Positions 45,491 to 56,194 are shown, counted from the first letter of the stretch. The stretch is 64,000 bases of DNA from Candidatus Bathyarchaeota archaeon (GCA_963780185.1 CAWABA010000006.1:576001-640000); one strand, 5' to 3'. Numbers and translations are program-made. Notes: generated from the letters alone by a model not told the origin.

Positions 45491-45724
45491 ATGCCTAAAG
45501 CCTTTGTGTTGATAAATGTTGAGTCGGGCTCGGAAGAAGAAGTTCTTGAGCAAATCAAAAAAAGCGAAGGGGTAGAAGAAGCATACTATTCCTATGGGGT
45601 ATACGACATCATTGCCAAGATAAAAGCCGAAACCATGGAGAAACTTAGGGAAGCCGTGTCGCAGAAAATGAGAACCATCAGCAAAGTCAGATCCACATTG
45701 ACTCTTATAATGATGGAAGAATAA
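45491..45724 (+). CDS. Stand-alone Lrp/AsnC ligand-binding (RAM) domain protein
   Basis: AFVLIN..G.E..GVEEA..YGVYDII..VRSTLT. Confidence 0.88.
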   Translation: MPKAFVLINVESGSEEEVLEQIKKSEGVEEAYYSYGVYDIIAKIKAETMEKLREAVSQKMRTISKVRSTLTLIMMEE

Positions 45725-45916
45725 GAAACATTTTGGCTCCAAGTTTTTTCCCTCAGAACGGGCGCAACCTGCACCTCCTGCATAAAAAATAACCAGAAAA
45801 GCCCAGCCCAGACGTAACCCTGAACCGTTTTTGCGTCTCAAGCAGCGGCGGAGTTTCTTTGCGTATTGCTTAATAGTTTAGCCGCTGAAAGGTAAGGGAA
45901 GGCTTGGAAATTCAAC

Positions 45917-46945
45917 ATGGAACCCGCTGGAAAACCCTTGGGGCAAAAGGTGATTCTTGCAGTTCTGATTTTAGGTCTCTTCGCCTTCCTACTCTACTTC
46001 TTCCTGTACATCAAACCTGCAGAGGTCGCCAAGATTCTATCAAAAACAAACTTGGCAATTTACTCCGTTGCATTCGTCGCTTACATCGCCTACACCCTGT
46101 TCTCCTCGCTTGTGTGGCGCAGCCTCCTTGGCAGCCTCTCCGTAGAAATCAGCACCCGCAAAGCATTGCTCTTCACTTGGGTCGGCTTGTTTTTCGACGC
46201 CACCGTTCCGCAACTCGGATGGTCAGGCGAAATCTCGAAAACTTACATGTTAACCAAAGACTCAAGCCTCAGCGCGGGAAAAATCGGAGCGTCGGTTGTG
46301 AGCCAAAAAATCTTCAACATGACAATAACCGTTGTAGCTATGTCGCTTGGGTTAGGAGTGATGCTTGTCGGTTACCCTCTGCCTCTTCTTGTGACCTTTC
46401 TGATTTCTCTTGTTTTAAGCCTGCTAATTCTTACCTTAGTCTTGGTCTACCTCATAAGCGTCAAGCCGTCCGCCACCAAAACCTTGCTGAACTGGGCGGT
46501 ACGCATGATTTCGTTTTTCAAAAAAACATGGAACCCACAAAACTTCAAGGCTAAAGCAGAAGGACTCCTGTCTACGTTCCATGTCGGGATGCAGAATATG
46601 AAGGCTAACCGAAAAGCGTTGGTTAAGCCAATCATTTATTCGGTTACAAGTTTTATTCTTGAAATCTCAGTTACATTCATCACTTTTGTCGCTTTAGGCT
46701 ATCCTGTGCCCGTGGATAAGGTGCTTGTAGTGTTTACTTTAACGGGGACGCTTCAAACGGTCGGCTTTGCTTTCTTCGGTTTTCCCGAGTTAATAATGAC
46801 CGTGTCATACACTGCCCTCGGAATCCCTGTTGCGCTTGGCGTTTCAGTTACCTTGCTTACGAGGGTGGTGAGCCTTTGGTTCCGTCTTGTCGTTTCCTAC
46901 GCTGCTTTCCAGTGGGCTGGAATAAAAGTTATGCTTAACAAGTAA
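45917..46945 (+). CDS. LPG-synthase TM / UPF0104 flippase-like membrane protein
   Basis: W..LL, FFDATVP..SGE..K, LLTR..SLW; about 8 TM. Confidence 0.8.
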   Translation: MEPAGKPLGQKVILAVLILGLFAFLLYFFLYIKPAEVAKILSKTNLAIYSVAFVAYIAYTLFSSLVWRSLLGSLSVEISTRKALLFTWVGLFFDATVPQLGWSGEISKTYMLTKDSSLSAGKIGASVVSQKIFNMTITVVAMSLGLGVMLVGYPLPLLVTFLISLVLSLLILTLVLVYLISVKPSATKTLLNWAVRMISFFKKTWNPQNFKAKAEGLLSTFHVGMQNMKANRKALVKPIIYSVTSFILEISVTFITFVALGYPVPVDKVLVVFTLTGTLQTVGFAFFGFPELIMTVSYTALGIPVALGVSVTLLTRVVSLWFRLVVSYAAFQWAGIKVMLNK

Positions 46946-47020
46946 ACGTTTTTTTCGCATGCGCACCGCTGTCTTGTTTGTCTGCTAGCAAACTTTTAAT
47001 GCACGCTAAGCTAATCAGTT

Positions 47021-47275
47021 ATGGTAGGACAGATTGATATGCCAACAGCCTTTGTACTGATAAACACTGAAATTGGTTCAGAATCTGACGTTCTTAAAGA
47101 ATTGAAAAAAGTCGAAGGTGTAGAGGAAGCATCAGCAGTTTACGGGGTCTACGACATTGTTGCAAGGGTAAAAGCTGACACAATGGATAGGCTCAAAGAG
47201 CTGGTGACCTGGCGGATTCGCCGCCTAGACAAAGTGCGGTCAACGCTGACAATGATTGTTGTGGAAGAGAAATAA
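47021..47275 (+). CDS. Stand-alone Lrp/AsnC RAM domain protein
   Basis: MPTAFVLINTEIG..YGVYDIV..VRSTLTM. Confidence 0.88.
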   Translation: MVGQIDMPTAFVLINTEIGSESDVLKELKKVEGVEEASAVYGVYDIVARVKADTMDRLKELVTWRIRRLDKVRSTLTMIVVEEK

Positions 47276-47517
47276 CCATTTTTTAACTCCTTTTCTTTCA
47301 ACACGAAAAAACAGATTCAGAATCTTTTGTTACTTTAAGCATGCACACACGCTTAAAGCTGAAACTTAAATTTATTGTGAAGTGATAAAATTGAAAGCAG
47401 AATTTAAATGTCCATGGTGTGGAAGCGACTTCCGAAACGGAAGAGACTTAGACACACATGCAAGAGAGCACTACTCAAAATCAATTTAGCCAGCCCAAGA
47501 AGACCTCTGCCAACACA

Positions 47518-47580
47518 GCGCCAAGTTGTGACTGTGCCTATACAATCACATAATCTTAAATTTTTTACAATTGAATTAAC
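47518..47580 (+). promoter_or_regulatory. Duplicated promoter block with TGTGACTGT-N6-ACAATCACA palindrome and TATA
   Basis: About 63-nt near-identical match to 54836-54898. Confidence 0.75.
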
Positions 47581-47822
47581 AACCTGTGCATCTGATGCAA
47601 CTGAGTGAGAGAACAAAAATGCGAGAAACTGATAGTTTGCCAGGGAGCAACCACCACCCGACAGCGAAACTCTCATTTTTAGCAGGTGCGCCGAATTTTT
47701 TATCGGTTGCGTTGAAGAGATTTGGATTCAAACTGACGTTTTTTCTTGTTCCCCTTGAACATGGAAGAGCACCCAATCTCTGAAACCAACCATTTAAAAA
47801 CCTTTGGAGTTTGAAAAGAAAA

Positions 47823-48242
47823 ATGCCAACAGCTTTCGTACTTTTAAATACAGAAATCGGAGCCGAAAACCAAGTTTTAAGTGCACTTAGAAAAATTGAA
47901 GGCGTAGAAGAAGCTCACAACCTTTGGGGAGTTTACGACATAATCGCAAACGTCAAGGCAGAGAGCGTCGAGAGGCTTAGGTACATAATTACCAAAAAAA
48001 TCGGCCAAATTGGAAGAATAAACTCGAAGCTTACAATGATGATAACGGATACGACCGCAGCCGACATTGGAAGAGAAGGTGTTTTTTGCGCAGAACCCGA
48101 TGGAAAACGCTTTGGTCCATTAGTTCCACCTCAATTTTTTTTATTTAAACAACATTTTTTTAACCTTGCAGTCCATTCTCTAAATCAGCTTGGAGAGAGG
48201 ATGCTTGACCACGCAACAGGTAATGCATATCGGGTTAGATGA
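47823..48242 (+). CDS. Stand-alone Lrp/AsnC RAM domain protein (true end possibly ~48123)
   Basis: MPTAFVLLNTEIG..WGVYDII; tail overlaps tiaS, suggesting an indel. Confidence 0.75.
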   Translation: MPTAFVLLNTEIGAENQVLSALRKIEGVEEAHNLWGVYDIIANVKAESVERLRYIITKKIGQIGRINSKLTMMITDTTAADIGREGVFCAEPDGKRFGPLVPPQFFLFKQHFFNLAVHSLNQLGERMLDHATGNAYRVR

Positions 48243-49561
48243 TACAGACTCAACTAAAGGAGGCTGCACCACCTACCTCGCCGCTTTGCTTGTTGAGAAA
48301 CTCGTCGGATTTCCAAGCAGAATTCATCGACTACCCACTCTTAATTCGGCTTAACCCAAACGTGCCGTGGAAAACCCGAGGCAACGGCGCCCTTTGCCTA
48401 AGATTCAGGCACCCAACCGCCTTGGAACAGAAAATAAAAGAAATAGCTCTGGAGCTGTGGGAGAAAAACTCAGCCGTCAAGGAAAAAGGCACGGACCCAG
48501 GCATAGTTTTTTTTAGCGGGGAAAAAATTCCCGAGGAATTTACGGCGTTTTCGAAAAGGGCTGAAACAAGCATTGTGACGCTGCGGGAAGCGTTGTCGCT
48601 TATCAAGAGGTTTGGCGGGGAGGCTTGCGGGTTTAACTCTTGCCGCGGCATAATCGGCGCTTTGGCAGCCATCGGCGAAACCCTCAGCTGCGACCACACT
48701 TACGAGCTAATCGCTTACAGGACGCCGCAGATGTGGGGGACAAAGCGGCTGGTGGACGAAGCGTCAATTTTCGAAATGGACAAACAACTGGAACCCTGCG
48801 TCTTTAACAACGTGGATGCGGAGAAACAAAGAGTAATCATCACTCCGCGAGGTCCAGACCCCATCCTTTTCGGCATCAGAGGCGAAACACCAGAAGCAGT
48901 AAAACAAGCTTTCGGGTTGGTTAAGCCGCTTGAACCCGTCGAACGATGGGTTATCTTCCGCTCAAACCAAGGCACCGACGCCCACCTCAAACACGCCCCA
49001 ACCCTAAGAAGCATCGAACCATACAGCTCCGTAATCGCCAAAGGAGAGGTTTCGCAGAATCCGCGGATTGTTCCCCTGCGCCACGTTATCTTTTCAATAC
49101 GGGACGATTCGGCAGAAGTGGATTGCGCCGCCTACGAGCCGACGGGTGACCTGCGGAAAATCGCCAGAGAACTGATAGTAGGCGACTGCGTCGAGGTGTA
49201 CGGGGCTGCCCATAAGGCGACCAAGAGTAAGCCTTTGACGATTAACCTTGAAAAAATCAACATACTCAGCCTTGCATCGAAAACGCGGACAGAGAACCCG
49301 CTTTGCCCAGACTGCGGCAAACATTTGAAATCGATGGGGAAAAACCAAGGTTTTCGTTGTGAAAAATGCGGCGGGAAATTTGCAGGTTTGAAAAAGAAAG
49401 ATTTGGCTGTGCCCAGGGCGCTTGGGGTTGGGTTGTATGTGACTTCGACAAGGTCGCAGAGGCACCTAACTAAGCCGCTAAGGCGGTACGGGCAGGAAAA
49501 AACCGCAGCCTCGCCGCCAGTGCTGATTGACGGGTGGCACAGTGGTTTTCACAAAATTTAA
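48205..49561 (+). CDS. tiaS: tRNA(Ile2) agmatidine synthetase, frameshift near 48312
   Basis: Manual N-terminus MTTQQVMHIGLDDTDSTKGGCTTY; LIRLNPNVPWKTRGNGA, GPDPILFGIRG, AAYEPT, CPDCG..CEKC, RHLTKPL. Confidence 0.92.
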
Positions 49562-49606
49562 TATTGACCGCGTAAACTAAAACCCGTTCGTAGGTCGTCA
49601 GCTTAA

Positions 49607-50626
49607 ATGGCAAACAGAGAACTCCAATTTGGCTTGGTAACGCCGCAGGAAGGTAAAACGTGCGAGCAGATTCTCTCCAGTGCCCGACTGGTCGAAGAGC
49701 TTGGGTTTGACTCTGTCCACCTCTACGACCACCTTTACATGTCGTCGGGTGCGCCGTATCCTGAATGCTGGACCATGCTATCCGCCATCGCCGCAGGAAC
49801 CAGCCGAATCAAGTTCGGTCCCCTTGTCCTCAACAACCTGTTTCGTCACCCCGCGCTCGTAGCGAAAATGGGGGCAGCGTTAGACCAGATTTCCCAAGGC
49901 AGACTCAAACTGGGCATAGGTGCAGGCTGGAACAAAGATGAATGCGTCGCATACGGCATCGAATTTCCAGAGTACAAGCAAAGAGTTGCGATGCTTGCCG
50001 AAGCCATCGAAATTATCCAAAAACTGTGGAAAGCCCGCGGTCAACCAGTCTCATTCCAAGGCAAATACTACGCCGTAAAAGAAGCTGTCTGCATGCCGCC
50101 GCCCCATTCGGAGCCGACGCCGCCTATTTTTGTCGGAGGTGCAAGCAACGAAATCCTGCGGGTTGTAGCGAAATACTCGATTGGGCTTAACGTCGACCAA
50201 GACTGGAACGTCGGGTTGGCACGTTTGCAACGAACCTTCACGGCTTTAGACCAAACCTGCCAGCTGGAAGGCACCGACCCAAAGAATAAACCGCGGTCCC
50301 TTTGCGTAAGGCTTTTTGTTGGCGCCAGCGAAGAAGAAGCGGCTGCCCAACAAGCCAAGTTTATGACTGCGTCAACGCCTGCCACGCTTCGGGTTTACCT
50401 GCACAGGGCAATGGAGAAGGCCCGCAAATCCACGCGAACGCATGGCCCGATTATTAGGGGGCAAACCGCCGTTTTAGGCACCCCAGAAGACTGCGTCAGC
50501 CAACTCCGCGAGTACCATGCGTTAGGCGTAACTGAGTTTCTATTCAAAGTGTATGACTTCACCGATTCAGACCTCCTAAAAGTTGTCGCTGACCAAATAG
50601 TCAAGCCGATGAGGGAACAAAATTGA
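49607..50626 (+). CDS. LLM-class flavin/F420-dependent oxidoreductase
   Basis: ELGFDSVHLYDH, FRHPALVAK..LDQISQGRL.LGIGAGW, PIFVGG. Confidence 0.9.
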   Translation: MANRELQFGLVTPQEGKTCEQILSSARLVEELGFDSVHLYDHLYMSSGAPYPECWTMLSAIAAGTSRIKFGPLVLNNLFRHPALVAKMGAALDQISQGRLKLGIGAGWNKDECVAYGIEFPEYKQRVAMLAEAIEIIQKLWKARGQPVSFQGKYYAVKEAVCMPPPHSEPTPPIFVGGASNEILRVVAKYSIGLNVDQDWNVGLARLQRTFTALDQTCQLEGTDPKNKPRSLCVRLFVGASEEEAAAQQAKFMTASTPATLRVYLHRAMEKARKSTRTHGPIIRGQTAVLGTPEDCVSQLREYHALGVTEFLFKVYDFTDSDLLKVVADQIVKPMREQN

Positions 50627-51702
50627 CGGACCCTATACGTGTAGGCATCGTAGGTATAGGCGGCGTCGCCCAACTTCGTCATCTCCCCGCTTGGCGCAGA
50701 ATCCCTTCAGTTAAGGTTCAGGCAGTCTGCGACCTCGACGTCAGATGCGCCCAAAAAATCGCGAAACTCCACGCCATCCCCAAAGTCTACCGAAACTGCG
50801 AGGAAATGCTTCAAGAAGAATCCTTGGACATTGTGGATCTTTGCTCGCCAGCTTCAACCCATGCCGCCGCTGCGATTTCAGCTTTAAAGCATGACGCAAA
50901 CGTTGTTGTTGAGAAGCCGATGGCGATGGATTATTCCTCCGCCAAACAAGTTTACGACGCTGCACATGGTAGCTCGAGGAAGTTCACAGTTGTGCAAAAT
51001 TTTCGTTTCATGACGTGCTATACAGAATTGAAGAAAAAAATGGCTGTAGGAGAAGTTGGATTCATTGATTTCTTATACAGCTATTTTGGTTTTACAAATC
51101 CCGACTTGAACGACCAGTTTCTTCCTGCTTACCGCCGTGGGATTCTTTTTGAAACGGGGATTCATGATATTGATAGTTCCAGAGATTTGCTCGGCGAAGT
51201 TGCAGAGGCAAATGCCACGGTAACTAAGCACACTTTAAGCGGGCAAGCTCGGAGCATAAACTGTGTTCTAACCCATAAGAGTAAAGCTTTGTCGATAATT
51301 AGGGTGTCATTCGCTGCTGCAAACCACAGCCACCGACTAGAAGTCAATGGACGCAAAACACGGGCAAGCATAGATTTCAATCAAGGACTATTGGATTTCG
51401 AAAGAGAACCTCGTACCCGTAAGGAGTTTATTCATTTCGCGTTGAAAGAAATTCCGAAATCTGCGACTCGAATTAAACGCGACCTTGGCGGTTTTATTTC
51501 GCTTCAGCTAGACCGAGATAGGAGCTACTTCCCAGCGGTCGCCGCATATGAAGTTTTTTTCCAACAATTCGTTAGGAGCATTCAGGAAGACAGGACACCC
51601 CCAGTAACTCTGGAAGAATCTTACGCCAACATGAAGATACTGGAGGCATGTAGAGTTTCCTCAGAAACGGGGCAGCCTCAAAAAATCGTGGATTTAAAAT
51701 AG
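50623..51702 (+). CDS. Gfo/Idh/MocA oxidoreductase
   Basis: VGIVGIGG, VVEKPMA, ETGIHDID. Confidence 0.9.
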   Translation: MTDPIRVGIVGIGGVAQLRHLPAWRRIPSVKVQAVCDLDVRCAQKIAKLHAIPKVYRNCEEMLQEESLDIVDLCSPASTHAAAAISALKHDANVVVEKPMAMDYSSAKQVYDAAHGSSRKFTVVQNFRFMTCYTELKKKMAVGEVGFIDFLYSYFGFTNPDLNDQFLPAYRRGILFETGIHDIDSSRDLLGEVAEANATVTKHTLSGQARSINCVLTHKSKALSIIRVSFAAANHSHRLEVNGRKTRASIDFNQGLLDFEREPRTRKEFIHFALKEIPKSATRIKRDLGGFISLQLDRDRSYFPAVAAYEVFFQQFVRSIQEDRTPPVTLEESYANMKILEACRVSSETGQPQKIVDLK

Positions 51703-51875
51703 GCTCGGTGACCGTTTACTAAAGCGGAAAACCTCACAGCATTCAAAAAAAATAAAAGAAGAGAGAAGAAAGGCTTGTGGGGCGAAAATATCCCCTTTTT
51801 AACATTTACCTTTAAATCAGTGAAATCCATAGAAACTCTCCAATAACAAGCAATCTTAGGTCAAAAACGAGGCAA

Positions 51876-54689
51876 ATGTCTATGACAGATAAAACGTTCC
51901 CGGCGGAAGCTTATGCTCTCCCATTCTTCAAGCAAGAAGGCTTCGTGAGGAAGCATTGTCCAAAGTGCGGCGAATGGTACTGGACTCAAAACCAAGCGCA
52001 GGAAACCTGCGGCGAATCCAGCTCGGACGAATGCGGATTCTACACTTTTATCAACAACCCCGCAACCAAGAAAAGCTTCACGCTGCCCGAGATGCGCGAG
52101 GCGTTTTTGAGCTTTTTCGAGAGGAACGGGCATACACGCATTAAGCCTTACCCTGTGGTTGCCCGCTGGCGTAAAGACATTTACCTGACGCATGCAAGCA
52201 TCATCGATTTTCAACCCTACGTAACCGAAGGCATCGCGCCGCCCCCAGCTAACCCGCTGGTGATTTCTCAGCCATCCATCAGGCTCACAGACATTTCCAA
52301 TACAGGTCCAACGTTTGGAAGGCACCTAACCATCTTCGAAATGGGCGGAGCACACGCCTTCAACTACCCAGACAAAGAAGTGTACTGGAAAAACGAAACC
52401 GTACAGTTCCACCACCGCTTCGCAACCGAAGCTCTTGGCATAAAATCCGAGGAAGTCATCTACAAAGAGGGAGTTTGGGTTGGCGGAGGCAACGCTGGTC
52501 CAGACGTGGAATGCATATGCCGCGGCTTAGAAGTCGGCACGTTGGTTTTTATGCAGTACAAGGTTGTCGGCGACGACTTCGTAGAGTTGCCCATACGCAC
52601 AGTGGACACGGGGTACGGGATTGACCGTTTCGCATGGATAAGCCAAGGAGTGCCAAGCGCTTTTCAGGCGATTTACGGCAAAATGCTTGACAAAATCTAC
52701 GCGATGGCTGGCTTAACTAACGTTGACAACAACTTTTTGTCTCAGGTTGCGAAGTATTCGGGTTTGGTCAGTGTCGACAAAACCGCGAACCGCATGGTTA
52801 CCCGCAGACGCGTCGCTGAACTCTCAGGCATAGACCTGAAAACGTTGGAGTCGGTGCTTATGCCTATCGAGAATGCTTGGGCAATAACAGACCACACCAA
52901 AACCCTAAGCTTCATGCTTGCCGAAGGTGTTGTGCCGTCAAACATTCAGGAAGGCTACTTGGCGCGGCTGCTGTTCCGCCGTGTGTACCGTTTAATGCGG
53001 ACCCTCAACATTGAACCCGCAAAACTCTACGACATCGTAGACATGCAGGTAGATTACTGGTCAAAAGACTTCCCGCAAATCAAGGCGATGCAAAACGAAA
53101 TCATCGAAATGCTCAAAGTTGAGGAAGAAAAATTCAAAGACACACTCCTCCGCGGCGAAGGCATGGTAAAGCGCATAGCCAGCGACCTGAAAGCAAAAGG
53201 CACAGGCAAACTCCCAATGGACACACTCACTGAACTCTACGATTCACATGGGTTGCCGCCGGAGATTGTGAAGCAAGCGGCTGAAAAAGAAGGCATCCAA
53301 GTGGAGCTGCCCGAGAACTTTTACGCCCTAATAGCGCAGAGGCACATGGGCGCAGCTAAACCCACCGAAGAGGAAGATGCACAAGCCGAAAAAACACTGC
53401 AGAAAGAAGCTGAACAACTGCCCGCCACCGAGACCCTTTACTACACGGACACTTACATGCGCGAATTCGACGCTAAAGTCCTCAAAATAATCAGCGGCGT
53501 CTACGTCGTTCTTGACAAAACCTGCCTTTACCCTGAAGGAGGCGGCCAACCAGCAGACCACGGCTGGCTATGGGCTGGCGACGCCAAATTTGATGTGGTG
53601 GATACCCAGAAAATCGGCAAAGTCATCGTGCACAAACTCGCTTCTGCGGCAACCTTCAAGGAAGGCAGCGTCGTCCACGGCGTCATCGACTGGGATCGAC
53701 GTTACTCATTGATGAAAGCGCACACAGTTACCCATTTGATTAACGGCGCCGCAAGTCGGGTGCTGGGCGAACATGTTTGGCAGTCTGGAACCCAAAAAGG
53801 CTTAGAAACTTCACGCCTCGACATCACACATTACCGAAGACTAACCCAAGAAGAAGTACACAAAATCGAGCAGCTAGCAAACCAAGCAATTGCCGCCGAC
53901 ATGAAAGTAACCATAAAATGGTACCCACGCAACGAAGCAGAATCACTCTACGGCTTTCGGCTGTATCAGGGCGGCGCAGTCCCAGGCAAAGACATCCGCG
54001 TCGTCAAAACAGGCGACTGGGATGTAGAAGCTTGCGCTGGAACCCACCTGCAAAGCACCCTAGAAGTCGGCTACGTAAAAATCATCTACACCGAACGGGT
54101 GCAGGACGGCGTCGAACGTTTAGGCTACGCAGTCGGGATAGAAGCGGTAAAAGCGGTGCAGAAACAGGAAACCCAGCTTTGGAAAGTTTCAGAGATACTG
54201 GCGGCTCCTGTTGACAAGCTGGATAAGACAGCTGAAAAACTCGTTAAAGAACTCAAAGAAGCCAATGTTGAGAGACGCAGACTAATCAAGGAGTTGGCAG
54301 CGAAGGAGGGTGCGGCGGGGCAGGCTCAGGCGGCTGAGGCAACGACTGAAGTGGATGGGGTAGCGATTGTCAAACGGGACTTCGGCGAAGTCATCGACGT
54401 TGACCGCATGGTGCAAACAGCCACGGAAATGATAAAACGCAACCCAGCCACCGTCACACTGTTCTACGGTTCAGACGGGAAAACCTGCAGGCTCATGGTT
54501 ATGGCAGGCGACGCGGCAGTTCAGAAAGGCGTCAACGCAGGCAACGTGGTGAAGGAGTCGGCTCCGATTTTTGGCGGCGGAGGCGGCGGCAGACCAAACT
54601 TTGCGCAAGGCGGCGGAACAAAACCTGAGAAACTCAAGGAAGCTGTAAACACTGCTGAAGAAACAGTTAAGAAACAGCTGAAACATTGA
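51876..54689 (+). CDS. alaS: Alanine--tRNA ligase (archaeal type)
   Basis: YPVVARWR, PPANPL, RHLTIFEM, DTGYG, HTVTH, ACAGTH, GGGGG C-terminus. Confidence 0.97.
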   Translation: MSMTDKTFPAEAYALPFFKQEGFVRKHCPKCGEWYWTQNQAQETCGESSSDECGFYTFINNPATKKSFTLPEMREAFLSFFERNGHTRIKPYPVVARWRKDIYLTHASIIDFQPYVTEGIAPPPANPLVISQPSIRLTDISNTGPTFGRHLTIFEMGGAHAFNYPDKEVYWKNETVQFHHRFATEALGIKSEEVIYKEGVWVGGGNAGPDVECICRGLEVGTLVFMQYKVVGDDFVELPIRTVDTGYGIDRFAWISQGVPSAFQAIYGKMLDKIYAMAGLTNVDNNFLSQVAKYSGLVSVDKTANRMVTRRRVAELSGIDLKTLESVLMPIENAWAITDHTKTLSFMLAEGVVPSNIQEGYLARLLFRRVYRLMRTLNIEPAKLYDIVDMQVDYWSKDFPQIKAMQNEIIEMLKVEEEKFKDTLLRGEGMVKRIASDLKAKGTGKLPMDTLTELYDSHGLPPEIVKQAAEKEGIQVELPENFYALIAQRHMGAAKPTEEEDAQAEKTLQKEAEQLPATETLYYTDTYMREFDAKVLKIISGVYVVLDKTCLYPEGGGQPADHGWLWAGDAKFDVVDTQKIGKVIVHKLASAATFKEGSVVHGVIDWDRRYSLMKAHTVTHLINGAASRVLGEHVWQSGTQKGLETSRLDITHYRRLTQEEVHKIEQLANQAIAADMKVTIKWYPRNEAESLYGFRLYQGGAVPGKDIRVVKTGDWDVEACAGTHLQSTLEVGYVKIIYTERVQDGVERLGYAVGIEAVKAVQKQETQLWKVSEILAAPVDKLDKTAEKLVKELKEANVERRRLIKELAAKEGAAGQAQAAEATTEVDGVAIVKRDFGEVIDVDRMVQTATEMIKRNPATVTLFYGSDGKTCRLMVMAGDAAVQKGVNAGNVVKESAPIFGGGGGGRPNFAQGGGTKPEKLKEAVNTAEETVKKQLKH

Positions 54690-54835
54690 GCGCCAGAAAG
54701 GTAGGTCGTCCGTCACTTCTTTATTATCCGCGTTCATCCAGAATAATGCCAGATAGATGAATAAGACGTGCTGAACCGAAAACGACCTAATAGTTTAACC
54801 ACCCAGAGTCCGCATAATGTTAAATACGAATCCTT

Positions 54836-54898
54836 GCGCCAAATTGTTACTGTGCCTATACAGTCACATGATTTTAAATTTGGTACAATTGAATTGAC
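54836..54898 (+). promoter_or_regulatory. Promoter block with TGTTACTGT-N6-ACAGTCACA palindrome upstream of PadR
   Basis: Matches 47518-47580; TTTTAAA follows. Confidence 0.75.
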
Positions 54899-54903
54899 TA
54901 AAC

Positions 54904-55305
54904 ATGTTGGCACAGGAAAAGCAACATTTTGAAGACCGCGTTCTCAAAATTGCAAAAAATCGAATCGTCACAGCCTATCTTGATGCCATAATCCTTTGCC
55001 AACTAAAAAATAGTTATTTAGGCGGTTATGATCTTCTCAAAATAATTAACAAAAGGCTTGACGTCATTGTTGGCCCAAGCAAAATGTACTCGGTCCTCTA
55101 TGGCTTAGAGAGACAAGGGTTTATTGAATGTGCATCGAATGAAGCAAAAAGAGTGTACCGGCTAACGGATGATGGGAAAAAAGCGCTAGATGTTATTTCA
55201 AATTCCAGGGAACTGAAGGATTTTCTGCTTCTTGTGAACAAAGAGTTTTTTGCGGAACATATCTACAAATTTATCCTTATAAAAGCGGGTTCTCTCCTCC
55301 TTTGA
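54904..55305 (+). CDS. PadR-family regulator
   Basis: GYDLL..GPSKMYSVLYGLERQGFI..KRVYRLTDDG. Confidence 0.88.
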   Translation: MLAQEKQHFEDRVLKIAKNRIVTAYLDAIILCQLKNSYLGGYDLLKIINKRLDVIVGPSKMYSVLYGLERQGFIECASNEAKRVYRLTDDGKKALDVISNSRELKDFLLLVNKEFFAEHIYKFILIKAGSLLL

Positions 55306-55559
55306 AAACTGCGGGCAACATCATCTTTTATGAACTGCTGAAAAATGAAAGTATGAAGAAAATTGGTTCGGCGGCTGAGGAGGCATTTAAGAAACGATAA
55401 GATGATTCCTTGCTTTGAACTGTTTGAACGGTCGAAATCGTCAAATGCCTGAAAGAAACAACCCAAAATTTTTCCATGCGCTATATAGTTGTATTCCGAA
55501 GTGGAATGACACTTTAAATATATAGTCACTTGTAAACCAATTTAGGGGTTGAGGAGAAA

Positions 55560-55985
55560 ACGCTTTCTATAGAAAGTCAAAAGCTGGAAGAGCAAACCCT
55601 TAAAAGAACACGAGACAAACTTGTAACAGCCTATCTTAGAGGTATCATACTCTCTCGATTGAAAAAAGAGCAGTTAAGCGGTTACGATCTACTTTTAATG
55701 TTAAATAAAGACCTTAAACTCTTTGTTAGCCCCGGCACTCTATACTCAAACCTATATGCTCTGGAACGACAGGGATTTGTTGAATGCAGGGAAACTGGAC
55801 GAAAAAGAATATGCAAATTAACCTACAAAGGAAAAACCATAATTGACGCAATGCAAGAATCTAGCTCGTTGAAGCGTACGCTTTTTCTGATGACGCAAGA
55901 AGTTTTTCCGGCGAAAGGCAAACAAAATCTGGCTATAAGGAATGCGGAAGATTACTACGTCAAGCATCCTGTTTACGTACATTAA
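55560..55985 (+). CDS. PadR-family regulator paralog, putative ACG start
   Basis: SGYDLL..SPGTLYSNLYALERQG; homology extends upstream of ORF start 55659 to ACG55560. Confidence 0.8.
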   Translation, partial: TLSIESQKLEEQTLKRTRDKLVTAYLRGIILSRLKKEQLSGYDLLLMLNKDLKLFVSPGTLYSNLYALERQGFVECRETGRKRICKLTYKGKTIIDAMQESSSLKRTLFLMTQEVFPAKGKQNLAIRNAEDYYVKHPVYVH

Positions 55986-56142
55986 AATTCTTAAGGGCTT
56001 TGATATGCCCTGTTTTTTTATATTGTCTCTTGCTTAATCGCTTTTTTTCAAAGAAAATAGCTCTCAAGAACTCACATGGGATGTTGAGAAAGGCCATTAA
56101 TGCAAAAGCCAGTTAAGTCCCGAATTGCCCGTTCCGAAAAGT

Positions 56143-56166
56143 TGTTGTTGTAATGGTACAGTCACA
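56143..56166 (+). promoter_or_regulatory. Third copy of the palindrome, TGTTGTTGT-N6-ACAGTCACA
   Basis: Identical right half and spacing; TATTTAT follows. Confidence 0.5.
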
Positions 56167-56194
56167 TCAGTATTTATGATTCAAGAGGCGTTAT

